From NCBI GenBank assembly GCA_965207375.1, contig CBDBMG010000003.1, positions 96,001 through 160,000 of the forward strand: DNA of 64,000 nt, in the 5' to 3' direction. This document shows, piece after piece, positions 1 to 20,400 of this stretch. Made by a program: the position numbers and the translations under genes. Origin of the DNA: Nitrosopumilaceae archaeon (GTDB lineage Archaea; Thermoproteota; Nitrososphaeria; Nitrososphaerales; Nitrosopumilaceae). The first letter of the stretch is position 1. Every line of letters begins with the position of its first letter. The notes under the pieces are model-generated. The model made no database searches, was not told the DNA's origin, and saw only the letters and a program-made list of their open reading frames with translations.

Positions 1-33
1 ACTAGCTGGCTACGTATTTATCTAGTTACACAC

Positions 34-6445
<6,412 letters not shown>

Positions 6446-6547
6446 CTACACAATACCACCATACAAATTACCACACAAGTAAGTACACATGTATACACCA
6501 CAATATATACATATGTACATACATAATAAGATTGTATACAAATATAT

Positions 6548-6797
6548 GTGACAGGGCCTCCGAAAATCAACCATATGAGCACAAATTACACTTAGTTATG
6601 TAATAATGAATATCTCTAGTTCTAAATGGAATATCAGCATTCTGTAAGCTTTAAAAGATTCTCCATTAAATTCTGCATGTGTGGTAGAAAACCTGTGTTG
6701 TTATTTTAAAAAGATCACAAGTTATGAAAAGACAAAGTTGAAAAAATAAGGCAATTTTATGTGACTATAGATGGTTGATTTTTGCAGGCCTGGTCAC
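6548..6797. mobile_element. Sola1-like MITE (GTGAC..GTCAC, 4-bp TSD ATAT)
   Basis: TIR gtgacagggcctccgaaaatcaaccat / atggttgatttttgcaggcctggtcac; ATAT on both flanks. Confidence 0.7.
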
Positions 6798-9700
6798 ATA
6801 TAACTTACGCGGAGTACCGAGTTATTACTTAGTGGGAGTTAATAGATTCCATTCTCATAGCCATGATGGCATATGAGCAAATCAAGCAAGTTATTACAGT
6901 ACATAATAACGTTATACTGAACATATTGTAGTGAATACTAGTGATCTCATCATGGACCATCAGAACTCAGTGTTTGTTACATAACTTGAGAAGTTATATC
7001 TGTTCTCTATTTGTACTTGCTTCTTTGAAAATCAGAAGAGATGTCACTTGTCTCAGAGAGATTATCAAAAACAGTTAGTTACTGATTTAAATACACGGAA
7101 TATCCTATATACATTTCCTTAGATTTGTCTTTGTTTTCTGCATCATAAAAGTCCCAAATATAAACACTGCATTTCATATTGTTTTCAAGTACTCTGCAAT
7201 AGATCATCAAGGAGAATGAGTTGTTTCTAAAAGTATTCATTTTTCTCTGACTAGCTTGATAAATAAAATAAATCTAAGATGCTGATGGATTAGGCTGTTA
7301 AATACTTGTAACACCCAGTTAAGATTGTCAAATGTCATTACCATACCTACTAAACTGACATTGGGATGTGTGCATGTAAACCATTATCAAGTGACAGTCT
7401 GTAAATCTCCAATAATATAGTTGATTAGAAACTGTTGTTTTTCATAGACAATTCAGCACTTACGTAGCTAAATCTTTAATCCATCAAAAATCGTAAGTAT
7501 TTAGCTACACGTCAAACCTGTGTTACAAAAATTTCATCAAGTATTGAATACCAATGACTACGTACAATTGCTTGCTTGTATGTAGCTAGTACCCTTAAAA
7601 CTTGTGATTTAACCAATTAAAACTCAAGTGGTCATTGACACACATGACAAGATCTTCTAAATACACAGATGCTATAGTATCATGGGGTGAGCCAACTTGT
7701 GCAAGGTCATGGACATGATCATAGCTATAATAGAGCTATAATAGTTGGACTTTTGGTGTATACTAAACAATTGCAAATTAACTAAGGTAGTGAGTATTCT
7801 TGAGTGAGACTATTATACGTAAATAGCACATAATAACTCTTGCATTCCTCTTCTCATTAGCCTTTTCTCTCATCAGTGTTCTCTATAGCTGCTTTTTGCA
7901 CATAGCTACCACTCTCTCATATGCAAGTTCTTTTTATCTTCGGGCTCTCTTGGTCTCATTGTAGCCTTTATGCACGTTGTTGTGATATATCTGGGGCTCT
8001 ATTCTTTTCGTATCATTCTCTTTGCTTTTGCAGCATTGCTGTCATTTCCTGTTCGTGTTTGTATGATTCAAGAACCCATGGAAGCATTCTCTAGACAAAA
8101 TAGAGGGGTCGCCAGCATGACCATTTCTGTATTTATTTGAATGATGAACCATGGAACCATTCTCCATCAAAACAGTAGGCACATAGGATGATTGTTACCA
8201 TTTTTGTTCATTTTGCTTGATTTATGGACCATGGAGCTATTTCCCACTTGTAATAGAGGGTGGCACATGTGATGATTGTCTCGATCCATTTCCAGTTTTT
8301 CACATGGACCATGGAACCATCTCTAATTGCCAAATTGTATGGTGGGGCTCGCTCATGCTTACCCCAAATACACTACATATATCCTGTCTGATTCTCATTG
8401 GTAGACACTCGAACAGCATATTGAACTAGTAAAATATTAATAAGAATGAAGGGATGTTGATAATGGTATCAGTATTGGTATTGATGCAGGTAGATGTAGA
8501 TGCCAGTATATCAGTATTGGTAAAATAAATAACAATGTACTTGTGATTACATTACTTATAGCTCTTCGTACTATATTATGCATTTCACAAAGAGTTATTG
8601 TCTATAGGAAAGATATGCCAATGGAATGTTATATCAACAAATATTGGTGATCTGATGTGATAATATGAAACCAGTAAGGATGGCTTTGTGTAAAAGAAAT
8701 TGCGCATGGTATATAGTACATACATGCAAGAAAATAGGTAGCTATAATATTAATGCAGTGATACAAAGTACAGTACAAAGCAAATATTAGCTCTAACGAG
8801 TAGCTACTCATCATGGAATACCACAGAGTTCAAGGGTTAAGCTTCAGTATAACATTTCGAGGTCCTTTTTTCAATTTCTGGTCGCAAACCTGCTGCACCT
8901 TTCAGAAGTACAAACCTGTACTACATAGTAGCTACTGCAGTATTATCATACATTGAAACAACCAGGTGATCCTCTTGTATGGAGGTCTGTTAAAAAAATA
9001 AAATCACTTCGCAGTGCTCAAAAATCACACTCCTCGCACACAAAACCAAGTGCTTTAGTGGCAGTGTGTTTTGCTTTTGAAATAACCTGCCATGTGGTAA
9101 TTGATAATATCGTCATAAAACTCTTTGAAAACTTTCTGTAGTAATCACACCCAGCAGTATTGTACAAGTTTACATATACGTATGTATGTACGTACACTGT
9201 AGCTTTTTAGGCTTCTTCTGTCAAATTTCCTGAAATAGACTTGATTACATAACCAGTCTTTTCTTTATAACTGTGTGAGTTAACTGTTACTAACGTTTTC
9301 TTCAGACCAATCAATGCATGATGAAAAATATCAATGTCAGGTACAAATCTGGTACTGTAGTCCTACTTGTTTGCTATGTTCAAGCCAGGTAAAAACTGGT
9401 ACTATTGCTAAGATATTTACCTGAAAAGCTTCAAGTATTGCATGGTATCAATGCCATCAACTGTATCTTTACCAACTTATAACCTTGAGTTCTTTTTACC
9501 TTGTATTAGCACAAATATGCAGGTGACAGCCAGTACATCGCTGTTTAACTAACACAGTTTCTTATATCCAAATCAGTCAATTTCACTTGTTTGTCACTCC
9601 ATTTACTATGCACCATCCGTGGATAAAAGTGGATAAAACGGTAGTTTTAATTGTCAATCAAAAATCTTCGTATGGAGGCCTGTTAAAAGGTTGCCTTATG

Positions 9701-11238
9701 GAGGTTGTTAAGAAGTTGCTTTGTTCATGGATTTTATGACATGGTCAATTTAAGGATTTTATATAATTCTTTTCTGCTCTGGCTGGAATATCAGATACAT
9801 ATAAAAATTATCCTCTGATCACTGTAAAATCAATGCTGCTTTAGATCTAGCTAATCATAAACCATATCACGTAGTACTTTGTTGGGCTGAGTGATACTAA
9901 ATATGTTCACTGTGATTATTGTAACAAGAGGTAATGTGATTACTGCAGTAATATTGCAGTGGAAAACTTACTATAATAAAAAGGAGTATAGCATCATCCA
10001 ACATGTGTACCATTAATAATATTAATACTATGAAATACATGGCGATATTCTGCAATATATTGCAAATGCAATATCATTGATATCTGATATTGATATAGCT
10101 GAAATATTGCCCAACCCTAGCACTTCGTAATAGTAGGAATCAACAAGGTTTATCAAACACCCCAACAGAGCATACACTTATAAGTAGAGATGCAGATATA
10201 TGTATCGCTATAAATTATCATGATACATTAGGCAGTGATACCGTATCAATACACATATCAATATATCAAATAATGTGATATATCGATATTAAGACTATAT
10301 ACTTATAAATACAGTATTATGACTGAAGGGATTGACACAAGAAACATGGCGTCCCACTTTTACCCGCCTTGATAATATGCCTCATAATATACTTCATCCA
10401 AAAACTGACCAAAATGCATTAGTAACACTATAATAACACTGTAGAAATTCCTAACGATACGATCTGTAGAGAATTTTGGTACTTTCCAAATTTACCATTA
10501 TTTTGTTGCCTGCCAGACTGCCAATTGTAAGACCCACGAGCACTAGGAGTATGGCTTCAGATTTTTCACACAACAAAGGTTGCATCCGATTTACAAAACT
10601 TTTGCTCTGATGAAGATTCATCCATTGCACCGAAGTCCACGATGCAGCGAATCATATGTAACTGCAGGCACCTACTTGTTTACAGGTGCTTCTTAACAAC
10701 ATTCACACCTGTATTATAGCGAAATGCATTTGAAAGCATTGAATATTTTTGCCTTAAGTTGCATATATATTGCCATCCATTGTGAAGTTCACATCCTAAT
10801 AAAGTACACACACCAGCATTGCATCAGCAGGCGTATTACTAACTATGTCATGTGTGCAAGTGGCTATTTTGTGTGACTTAATAAGCAGAAGGTGCAAGTT
10901 TATTGACATGTCCTTTCGAGATTTACTCACCTTTCAATGAATATTGAAGGGAAAAGGAAAAATAATGAAGGATGAAAAATATAACATAGGCAAAATTTCA
11001 ATGTTTATCTAATGTCTTTGAGTATAATATAGCTGAATTGCCATTTTAACAAAAGTTTAGTAGGCGCCTGTAATGCTTTAGAAGGCAAGGACAGAGTGAT
11101 ATATATTCACATATTTAATTATGACTACATACGTATATACTTAAGTATGCTATAAAAAGCAAACACTCTAAAATTGAAAATTTAAAAGTGAGTAGGGATC
11201 GATCTTTCACTGCTACAAAAAATAAGGGACAAGAGAAC

Positions 11239-11325
11239 ACATACATACATACATACACATACATACATACATACATACATACATACATACACATACATAC
11301 ATACATACATCAATACATACATCAA
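11239..11325. repeat. (ACAT)n microsatellite
   Basis: Imperfect tetranucleotide run. Confidence 0.95.
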
Positions 11326-12716
11326 TACTGTATGTTTTTGGAAAATCCATCCTGCACATTATTTATTTTCCGTTTTGTGCCATGGAACAGTTTTTGCTAA
11401 TTGAGTATACAGTATCAAAATGCAAAAGTTTGTCCCTCTGAACCTTAGAGTCCAGGGGCATTGAACACATTATGGGTGCATACATACATGTTAGTTAGCT
11501 GGTCAGTTAATTGGTTTGTTTGTGTTGGTGTAACTTGGTTAGTATGATCAGTGGCAAGTTAGTTGTTTAATTATTTAGTTAGCTACTTAGTCATTAGTGT
11601 TAACATGCAGTTAATTAAATGCATGTGACTAGCTATAGCTACTTAGTTAGTTATAGTACGTAGTTATGTTGTAGTTAGTGCAGTGGTGTAGGAAGCATTG
11701 ATGCAATGCATGGGTGCAGGCTTCGGTATCCATAAATTTTTCTGTACAGCTGAGTTAGTCTCAGCAACTGCTGCCTGCTGGAATGTGGGGAAAACTTGGC
11801 AATTTACTGCTGTGTCCATGCAAAGGCCTTAACTCTCATGCATCTTTGCTTTTTGTGCCCAGTGGTTATGTATAACCTTTGGTTTTGCGTATAGTTGTTG
11901 AAAAATTTCGTGTATATTGTTAAAGAATTTTCGTGGGTTAAGGGTATACCCACGAAAATTTTTTAGCCTTGAAAATTTCCCGAATTACGGTATTTCGGCA
12001 TCTCAACTAAGAATACTAGTGTGGATTATGGATTGGCTTATGTAGTAAAAGGCTATTTCGGGATCTCAACTAAGAGTATACGTATTAGTGTGCATGGATT
12101 ATGCTGGTGCCCTCATGCATTTTCAAGTGTCCACATGCATTAACAGCTATATATGTTAACGTCATGAACTCCACTGTATAAAGCCCCGTATATATAGCTA
12201 CGTACATTGGTAAAATATAGCTATAGCTATACAGTGATAGAGTGTCACTAACTTAGCTATATATGTGACTGTCTCTGCAAAAACCAGCCTAGTTCGCACT
12301 AAAATTTAAATCAGTCATTTTTTGGCCAAGCTTATAGCTATATCCAATAGCTAAAACACCATGCATGTCTCCTATGCTTATATAGCTATACCCAATAGCT
12401 AGCCAAACACCATGTCTCCTATGGCCAGACCTAAATGGTCTGCTTTTCTGAGGGGAGGATTTGAGGTCTTGTAAAAGCATGACCGACACATTGGCACCTG
12501 TGGAGCGCACCAATTGGGCGTTATCGGCCTGGAATTCTACCCTTGATCGGAATGATGTCCCTTCGGCCTGGTTGTATCATAGATTATAGAGGGAGCGAAG
12601 CGCCCTCTATAATCTATGGTTGTATGGTCAGGACCATCTGGCTGTATACCCAGAGGTTTCGTTTCATTTCCGTTTCCATTCCGGTTTTATAACTTGCCCC
12701 TTGGCACCCAGGACCC

Positions 12717-12825
12717 TAGTCTGTCGTAGCCAGACTCTTTTTACCGCGCAGGGCCTTATCGCTTGCAGTATAAGTATAAGCGATAAGGCCCTGCGTGGTA
12801 AAAAGAGTCTGGCTACGACAGACTA
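12717..12825. mobile_element. AcademH-like palindromic MITE with perfect 9-bp TSD
   Basis: TAGTCTGTCGTAGCCAGACTC...GAGTCTGGCTACGACAGACTA; ccaggaccc on both sides. Confidence 0.85.
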
Positions 12826-13156
12826 CCAGGACCCCGCCAGACCCTTCCACACGTGAATGCGCGTGATTGTGACGTCACAGATTGCGACGCAAAAACATGC
12901 GTAAACCTTGACTGTTTTATTAGAGCACCTTAACCTTAGTTTATCTATGCATAATATACACTTATCCTCTGTTGCACATGTATGTAGCTACAATGGTGAT
13001 TTCTATACTGGTCACAATAAAAAGAATTTTAGTCTATGGTAGCTATCTAACGAATACTTTTGGTTATAGTTTTTATACCAAAACTGATTAGCTACTTTTA
13101 GTTTTATGGTAGTTACCTGCAGCCCTAGTGGGATATAGCTATAGTACTTATGATAT

Positions 13157-13328
13157 GTGACTGGATTTTGGAAAACAGTTCCAGCATATTTCTTAGCTAT
13201 AGTTTAGTAATTTGAGCATTGAATTCCATGTAGTATTATGAAATATCTTTGAATATGTAATATTGTTTGTGTGGCAGTGATAAATATAACTAAATAAAAA
13301 TGTGTGATTTGGAACAAAATCCAGTCAC
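13157..13328. mobile_element. Sola1-like MITE (TSD ATAT)
   Basis: gtgactggatttt ... aaaatccagtcac flanked by ATAT. Confidence 0.7.
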
Positions 13329-13954
13329 ATATTATGATGATAAAATCATTTTATGCAGTGGCAGAGGAACCTACTGAAACTCCAGGGGGCCACTTAGCTA
13401 CACTGTTAAAACAAGGGTGTGCATTTCATACCTCCATAGTACGTATATCACACCAAATGGTTACATACCCTTGGTGTGAAATATCTAGGTATGCATTTCA
13501 CACTATTTTAGCATAAAATCCATAATAACTTACCTTAATTACCACGCGGACAAGGGCGCCAAATAAGATACAAAGTGCCTGTAATTTTAAGCGCTCCCTA
13601 AAATATATGTATGTGAACGTGGACGCCACTGCAAACCTCGCTACAAACGATTCGAGGCATTTCCTTATAAACGTGGTAAGTAGCTAGGATCAACTGACAT
13701 ATATGCACAAACTTACTTAAAAAATTTCCGTGATCATATAAGTCAGTAGATGATCCCAAAGTTCGCCAGGTTTTAGCTAAAGAACACACTGTAGGTAGTG
13801 TACGGAATCCACATATTTACTTGTATTCCGCATTGCAATAATCACGTGATGAGTACACGGATTTCCGTATTTGCTTTACAAGCGCCCCTCTACTGACTTA
13901 TATGATCACGGAAAATTTTTAAGTAAGTTTGTGCATATATGTCAGTTGATCCTA

Positions 13955-15906
13955 AGCTATATTACGTGGCTGTGTGTTAAATACTTCACCAGTTACATGG
14001 TCTTGTAAAACAGCAACGGACGTTTCTTCTTGACAGTTGTAAAAATATTTCCATGGGTTTTCCAGTTTTCTCCGTGAATGTCACCTAGAGGAGGCCACAG
14101 CTGTACGAGTCTTGGCTTATTCAGCTTCAAATCTACATAAATCGATTCGCTGTAGCATAATGAATCCTTTAAACTTTAATTGAGCTTCATAGAGCAAACA
14201 TAGAGGTTTTTATGGGGCCTTTTGTAATTGTATGTCATCACGGCAATAACAGCGATTTAACTTGTTTTTGCATGTCGGCAGAAATTACCCCATAACTTCT
14301 AGATGCCAGCTCCTACAGAATTGAAACAAACACCAATACATTCTATATAAAACAGTGATTCTTTTAAGCTATAGTATAAGGCTTTGACTTAAGTACTTAG
14401 CTAATTGCAGGCTCTTAAAAATGATCTCGTTTTTGAAATGAAGAGAAAATGGCGAAATTTTGAAGGAGTTGGGATATCTCAGCAACGAAAAAGGTCTTTT
14501 AAAAATTCCCTTGTTTTAATTTCCCTTTGTATCAAATGTTTTCACTTGGTAGTGTTATTATAGACCTAGCCCTTCCCAATTTGCCACACATTAATTAATT
14601 AATTAATTATTTATGAGATTATTAGTATAGGTAATCACACACATTTGAGTGCAATTCGAGAATAATTGTACCAGTAACAGTCAAGTAATTGCACGAGGCG
14701 AAGCCGAGTGCAATTTGACTGTTACGTGTACAATTATTCTTGAATTGCACGAAAATGCGTGTGATTGCCTATTAATCGCATTGCACGACCTACGACGCCC
14801 ACTCTAACCTGAGGCACGCCGCTCTTTCCAATCTGAGGCACGGTCGCAAATCGTATTCCTTCCGCATCGCTTGTTTTAGCAGTTCCGCGTTCAGAATTGA
14901 CTTCTAAGACGTTAACATCGAGAAATTCTTCTACAAACTATGGAGTATTCATTGTGCCTGTAATCGTTACTTTGTTGCCATGTAAGTCGGTTACTATGAA
15001 TCCCCAGTGCTACGCAATTTCATTCGCTGTTCATTGCATCATTGTTTGTTGCACTTAAACGGCTTCCAGCAGAGTGAATTTTGGTTGGCTGTTTTACCGT
15101 GCAATTACTGAATATTACCTGTGCAATTACTGAATATTACTGTGCAATTAGAGAATAATTGCACGGCTACTAACGGCAAAATATATACAGGCTATGCGAT
15201 TATTATTGTAAACAAATAAACATTACCATTATACAATATAATAATCTCATAAATAATTAAATAATTAATTAATGTGTGGCAAACTGGGAAGGGCTAGGTC
15301 TATAATAACACTACCAAGTGAAAACATTTGATACAAAGGGAAATTAAAACAAGGGAATTTTTAAAAGACCTTTTCGTTGCTGAGATATCCCAACTCCTTC
15401 AAAATTTCGCCATTTTCTCTTCATTTCAAAACGAAATCATTTTTAAGAGCCTGCAATTAGCTAAGTACTTAAATCAAAGCCTTATAATATAGCTTAAAAG
15501 AATCGCTGTTTTATATAGAATGCAATGGTGTTTGTTTCAATTCTGTAGGAGCTGGCATCTAGAAGTTATGGGGTAATTTCTACTGACATGCAAAAACAAG
15601 TTAAATCGCTGTTATTGCCATGATGACATACAATAACAAATGGCCCCATAAAAACCTCTGTGTTTCCTCTATGAAGCTCAATTAAAGTTTAAAGGATTCA
15701 TTATGCTACAGCGAATCGATTTATGTAGACTTGAAGCTGAATAAGCCAAGACTCGTGTAGCTGTGTCCTCCTCTAGATGGCATTCACGAAGAAAACTGGG
15801 AAAGCCTCATGGAAATATTTACAACTGTCAAGAAGAAACGTCCGTTGTAGTTTTATAAGGCCATGTAACTGGCGAAGTATTTAACTTACAGCCACGTAAT
15901 ATAGCT
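13955..15906. repeat. Long inverted repeat, arms ~13955-14621 and ~15242-15906, around a ~600-bp hairpin-bearing element
   Basis: Arms are reverse complements over ~665 bp (e.g. tagacctagcccttccca / tgggaagggctaggtcta). Confidence 0.9.
14627..15203. mobile_element. Interspersed repeat with terminal hairpin centred on CACGAGGCGAAGCCGAGTG; inverted copy at ~26430-26968
   Basis: Palindrome 14630-14772; same sequence blocks recur inverted in POLD2 intron 7. Confidence 0.7.
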
Positions 15907-17462
15907 TAAAAGAATCGCTGTTCTATATGGAATAGATTGGTCTTTGTTTAAAATCTATAGAAGCTAGCATTCCGAAGTTATGGCCTGCCTTCTACTGATA
16001 TGCAAAATTTCTTTGATGCCATATTAAAATACAATTACAAAATAATGGCCATATAATTACCTCCCTGTTACTTGTATGAAATTCAAATAATGTTTAAAGG
16101 ATTTGTTATGCTACAGTGAATCGATTGATGTACGTATTAAGCTAAACAAACCGACATCACAGGAAGTGTGAGCCCGTCTTCACTGGCTTGTGAAAGGAAT
16201 TGCGTGTACGAGATAAGAAATTGTTTAACAAGAACTAAGAAAAACACACGTTGCGAAGAACTCGTGTGTCCTATGGCCTTGGAATGTGGCTTAAAAGATT
16301 CGCCTTGCTCTACTGAGTGAATTGACGTGTGTTTCAAACGTATCAGTGAATTTGTTTAAATAGTATGGAACCATTTCATTGGCATGCGTGCTGTTATAAA
16401 AGCACACGAAACAGCCGACTCAAAAATAGATGTTAAAGCTTTCCTACTTAAGCATATGGTTACAAAACAAAGCCTTTCATTATAAAACGAAAAGTACTTA
16501 CCTGTAAACACAGCCTAACTAGGCGTATTGATTCGTCTCCAAGTATAACGAATAAACGAAATTCCGTGTTACATGCGTTGCTAACACGCATACGTTGAGC
16601 AGAAAGAGATACAGCAATTTGTTCCCAGTAAATATTCCAGCCTTCCGAGTAATATATAACCTTCACTGTATCAGTCAATAGCTTGTTGGCCAGTGGGATA
16701 GTAAGATTTGATCCCAGGAGAATGTTTGGCTAGAGGTAACGATGACTACTCTATTAGAGAGTTTTCGTAAGTGAAGATCCATGATTGCTCCGCTTTTAGT
16801 TCCTGCCCTCAGCATTCTATAGATATGTCAGGTAACATGCATAGATAACACACTCTCCTTTAGAGATCTGATTATTTTCGAAAACAATTAGTTATAGGTT
16901 ACTATCCTAAGATCCATATACGTAGGTTACATCCTTCACTGGAAACTGGCTTATTAGTTATATTACTTAGTTATATTACTCAATAAAAGGGTACTATATC
17001 CTTACCTTGAATATTTGAAACAGAGGAAACGATATATCAAAAAATATCGTAGTTCAAATACATTTGTAATTGTAAAGCAGCTAGCTATTTATACCAACAG
17101 TTGATAATTGATGAAAACAATAAATTATAGCTATCAAAAATATTGTAGTTCGAATACATTAGTAATTGTAAAGTAGCTAGCTGGTTATACCCAATTGCAA
17201 TGTGTGATAATTGATGCTTTAATTGTACATCCCTTGATTTTATATACGTATGGTTATGTAGTCCGCAGGCTAGAAAAAACAATAATAAAAGAAATGATGA
17301 ATGTGATTTTTTTATTTTGATCACAAATCATTTTAAGTCCGTACCACTTACAACCTGGCTTTGAATATGGAAATGTACATTCGTCCCAGCACTAATAGAC
17401 AATGCAAAATGTCCCCCCTAATACAAAAGCATTCAGTAGAAATGTTTATCCACATCACTCAC

Positions 17463-20400
17463 CAGTTATTACGTATTGTGAATCACTGGAGAAAGCACAA
17501 TCCCAAACCCATTTCTTATTAGTGCCCTTCCTCAATGTATTCCGCTCGGTGAAATCAGCAGTTGACCATATTTTACATGAACCATCAGCCGAGGTGGTAG
17601 CCAACAAGCTGTAAAGAAGAGACATACCAAAATGATATCCTGACATCTGATGGTCAATGACCCATAGGTATGAGTTGCACCTAGTACTGGGCAAGAACCG
17701 GGTAGCACACCATAACCACCCTGCACCATGAAACTGATTGTGAGGTATTTTCATATTGATGTTATCTAGAAATATGGCCAAGCTGTTGATGATACTGCCA
17801 TTTCAGTATCACGATTGATACTCTGTATAGAAATAACACTATTTGCAAGAATTAGTGTGTTTTAGTGTTTTTATAACAACACATCCATCCTTTTGTATTT
17901 CCTAAGGTCCGGTGGCTGACTGGCTACTGCCCCCTTAGCCCCCCTAAATCTGCCACTGCTATATTGTCATTTTGATTTTTGATGCGCAGGTGCAAGGCCC
18001 TATTCAACAGCTATTACGATAGTTAAGATCACAACATTGATATTTATAATATCACTCAAATGGTAGTATTGGTTGTAATATGGACACCTTGGGACCAACC
18101 ATCAAGGTGTCTTGATTTTTCAAGTTAGCTTATGTACTAAAGGCTACTTTCAAGAAGTTATTACACATTCTAATTATATGTGTATATGCCTTTATAAGTA
18201 AAGAAAATTCCATCATTTGTAAAATAATTATTCATAATTTAATAGTCTAGATCTTCTGACCATTGTAACCAAACTATTTAATTTATCACAACATTACCTT
18301 TGGCTCCATTGATATTATACTTCCTTATATGGTCATAGAACTTATTCATTATTAGTAATGACTGACTATAAATACACAGGGCGCCATAAAATATACCACT
18401 GACCATCCCATTGTTATTGAATCAATGTAATGGCTTATAAAGATAGTAGGTTATATAATACATGGCTTCAATGTGAGTACGGTAAGATAATCTATGTATT
18501 AAGTATGTGGTGCCTTTTTAAAAACACACACACACACGACATGCGTGGAACACACACACGACACATGCATGGAACACACACACAACACATGCATGGAACA
18601 CACACAAAGAGTAAAACTGTCTACACCTGTTCGTGCTGTATACTACCAAATAAACATGATTACTGGGTCCCTATTATTCATTGGTATACTTGTCACCACA
18701 AGTATGGCTTCACAACAGTGCTCTTTTATATTTATTGTGGGTTAGAATGGCTTCAGTTTATGCATGTGTATGCAGAGTGGTGTGATGGGTTAATTTGAGG
18801 ACAAAATGTTTGTGTGCTGATTTTGCAGTTTATTCCAATCTTCTAATACACACAATGATACAGTACCTCTTGACCACCACAGCCAATCCATGAAAAACCT
18901 TTTGTGGCATACACAATGTACAGAATTTGGCTTTAGTGTTGGTGATTGTAAGGGGGCCTGGACCCCTGTTGAAAAGTAAGTTGCAATGAAACATTATGGT
19001 ATACATTGGTGCTGTTAAATTTAACATTTCTAGCAGTCTAGCATGGCTTTCTAGGACATCTTATTTAGAGGAGCAAACACAAATTTGTAATTTCTAAGTG
19101 AAATAGTTCCTTGGTCCCCTATATCAGGGACCTCATTCTAACTAAAGCCCCCCCTGTAGAATTGCCACTGATTGTACCACAAGTATTTAGTATTTATTAA
19201 TCACAATTTATGAAATTCTCAAATCTCACCTGGAGTCTGGGCTGAAGAGGCATTTCAGGGCATATTTTGGGTGAGCAATGATCCTGGTACGAGGGTTGAG
19301 CAATATCGGTGATTCCCCCACGCCGCCAGACAAACTCCACACAAAACACGTCCCCTACAAAAATACCATCATGATTGTAAGAATACAAGAAAAACCTATT
19401 TGATTTCTGGGGTACACTATTATTTGTGTGTGTACATGCATGTACAGTTGGGAGTTAAAGTGCCGTACTTTCTTGAGGTATTAATACAAAAACTGCACAC
19501 CCACCTTACTATTGACAGCAGCAAGGTACGCAGCATCGGGGTCAATGCTGACACTATGTATGGCCACATCAACTTCTGGTATCTATGGTAACAACAGCCC
19601 ATCATCATAGATGAATTATAAATTTCCACATAAAGACGTACATAAGTACATAGTCCAATGCTCTATAAAAACTATTATGACATTTTTACAAGTTAAAGAT
19701 CGTGTACATCTTTGTTAAAAACAGGTCAGGATTAATTTGATCAGATGTGTCTCATTATATCTGGACAAAGCTCAGCTACAAAGCATTTATTTACAATGTC
19801 AAATAAGACAAATATACCATCAGCGAACATACATACCACTTTACTGCTGGTGTCTCCGACAAGGTCCCAGAGGTGCAGCGCACCGGTTTGATCCCCGACA
19901 ACCAAAGCTGCCTGATTGGGATGAAGGCAGACACAGTTGATGGGAGCATTAGCCTGGAACAATTTCTGGCACTGCATATTACGTGACCTACAGAAATAAA
20001 AGCAGTAAGATCAAGCCTTTATCATTTGCTTTCTTTAGCACCCAGATTAATATCCTCATGCCCAGATAGACTCCATACATGTCAGGACTCAGGATAAATT
20101 AATAATATGTTCAAAATTGTGTTTCTTGTATTCTTACGATCATATTATTTCATGACGGTATTTTTATAGGGGATGTGTTTTGTGTGGAGTCATGAGGATG
20201 CTAAAGAAATCACCAATTCACTGTGTGAATAAAAGCAAGAGTTCATTGGGGCGAGCCTGAGCGAGCCCCACACTAGCGAGTCGCCCCCTCAAGATTGGTG
20301 TTATCGACCATGCACAAAAAATTACGACAAAAATTGGGTAACTTACGCATGCGACGAGAATTCAACGGCATAGATTACAGCGCGTCCTTGTGTAATCGTC

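Noticed and set aside
6805-7240. Possible upstream TRAF exon(s)
   Set aside because: Frames contain stops and no RING Cys/His pattern
10600-10640. Possible Penelope-type hammerhead ribozyme (ctgatga...gaa)
   Set aside because: No GAAA core and no convincing stem II
17360-17417. Cryptic exon that might fuse LST8 in frame to the TRAF exons
   Set aside because: Using the AG at 17419-17418 gives GGTFCIVY then a stop; LST8 exon 8 (phase 1) is also incompatible with the phase-0 TRAF exon
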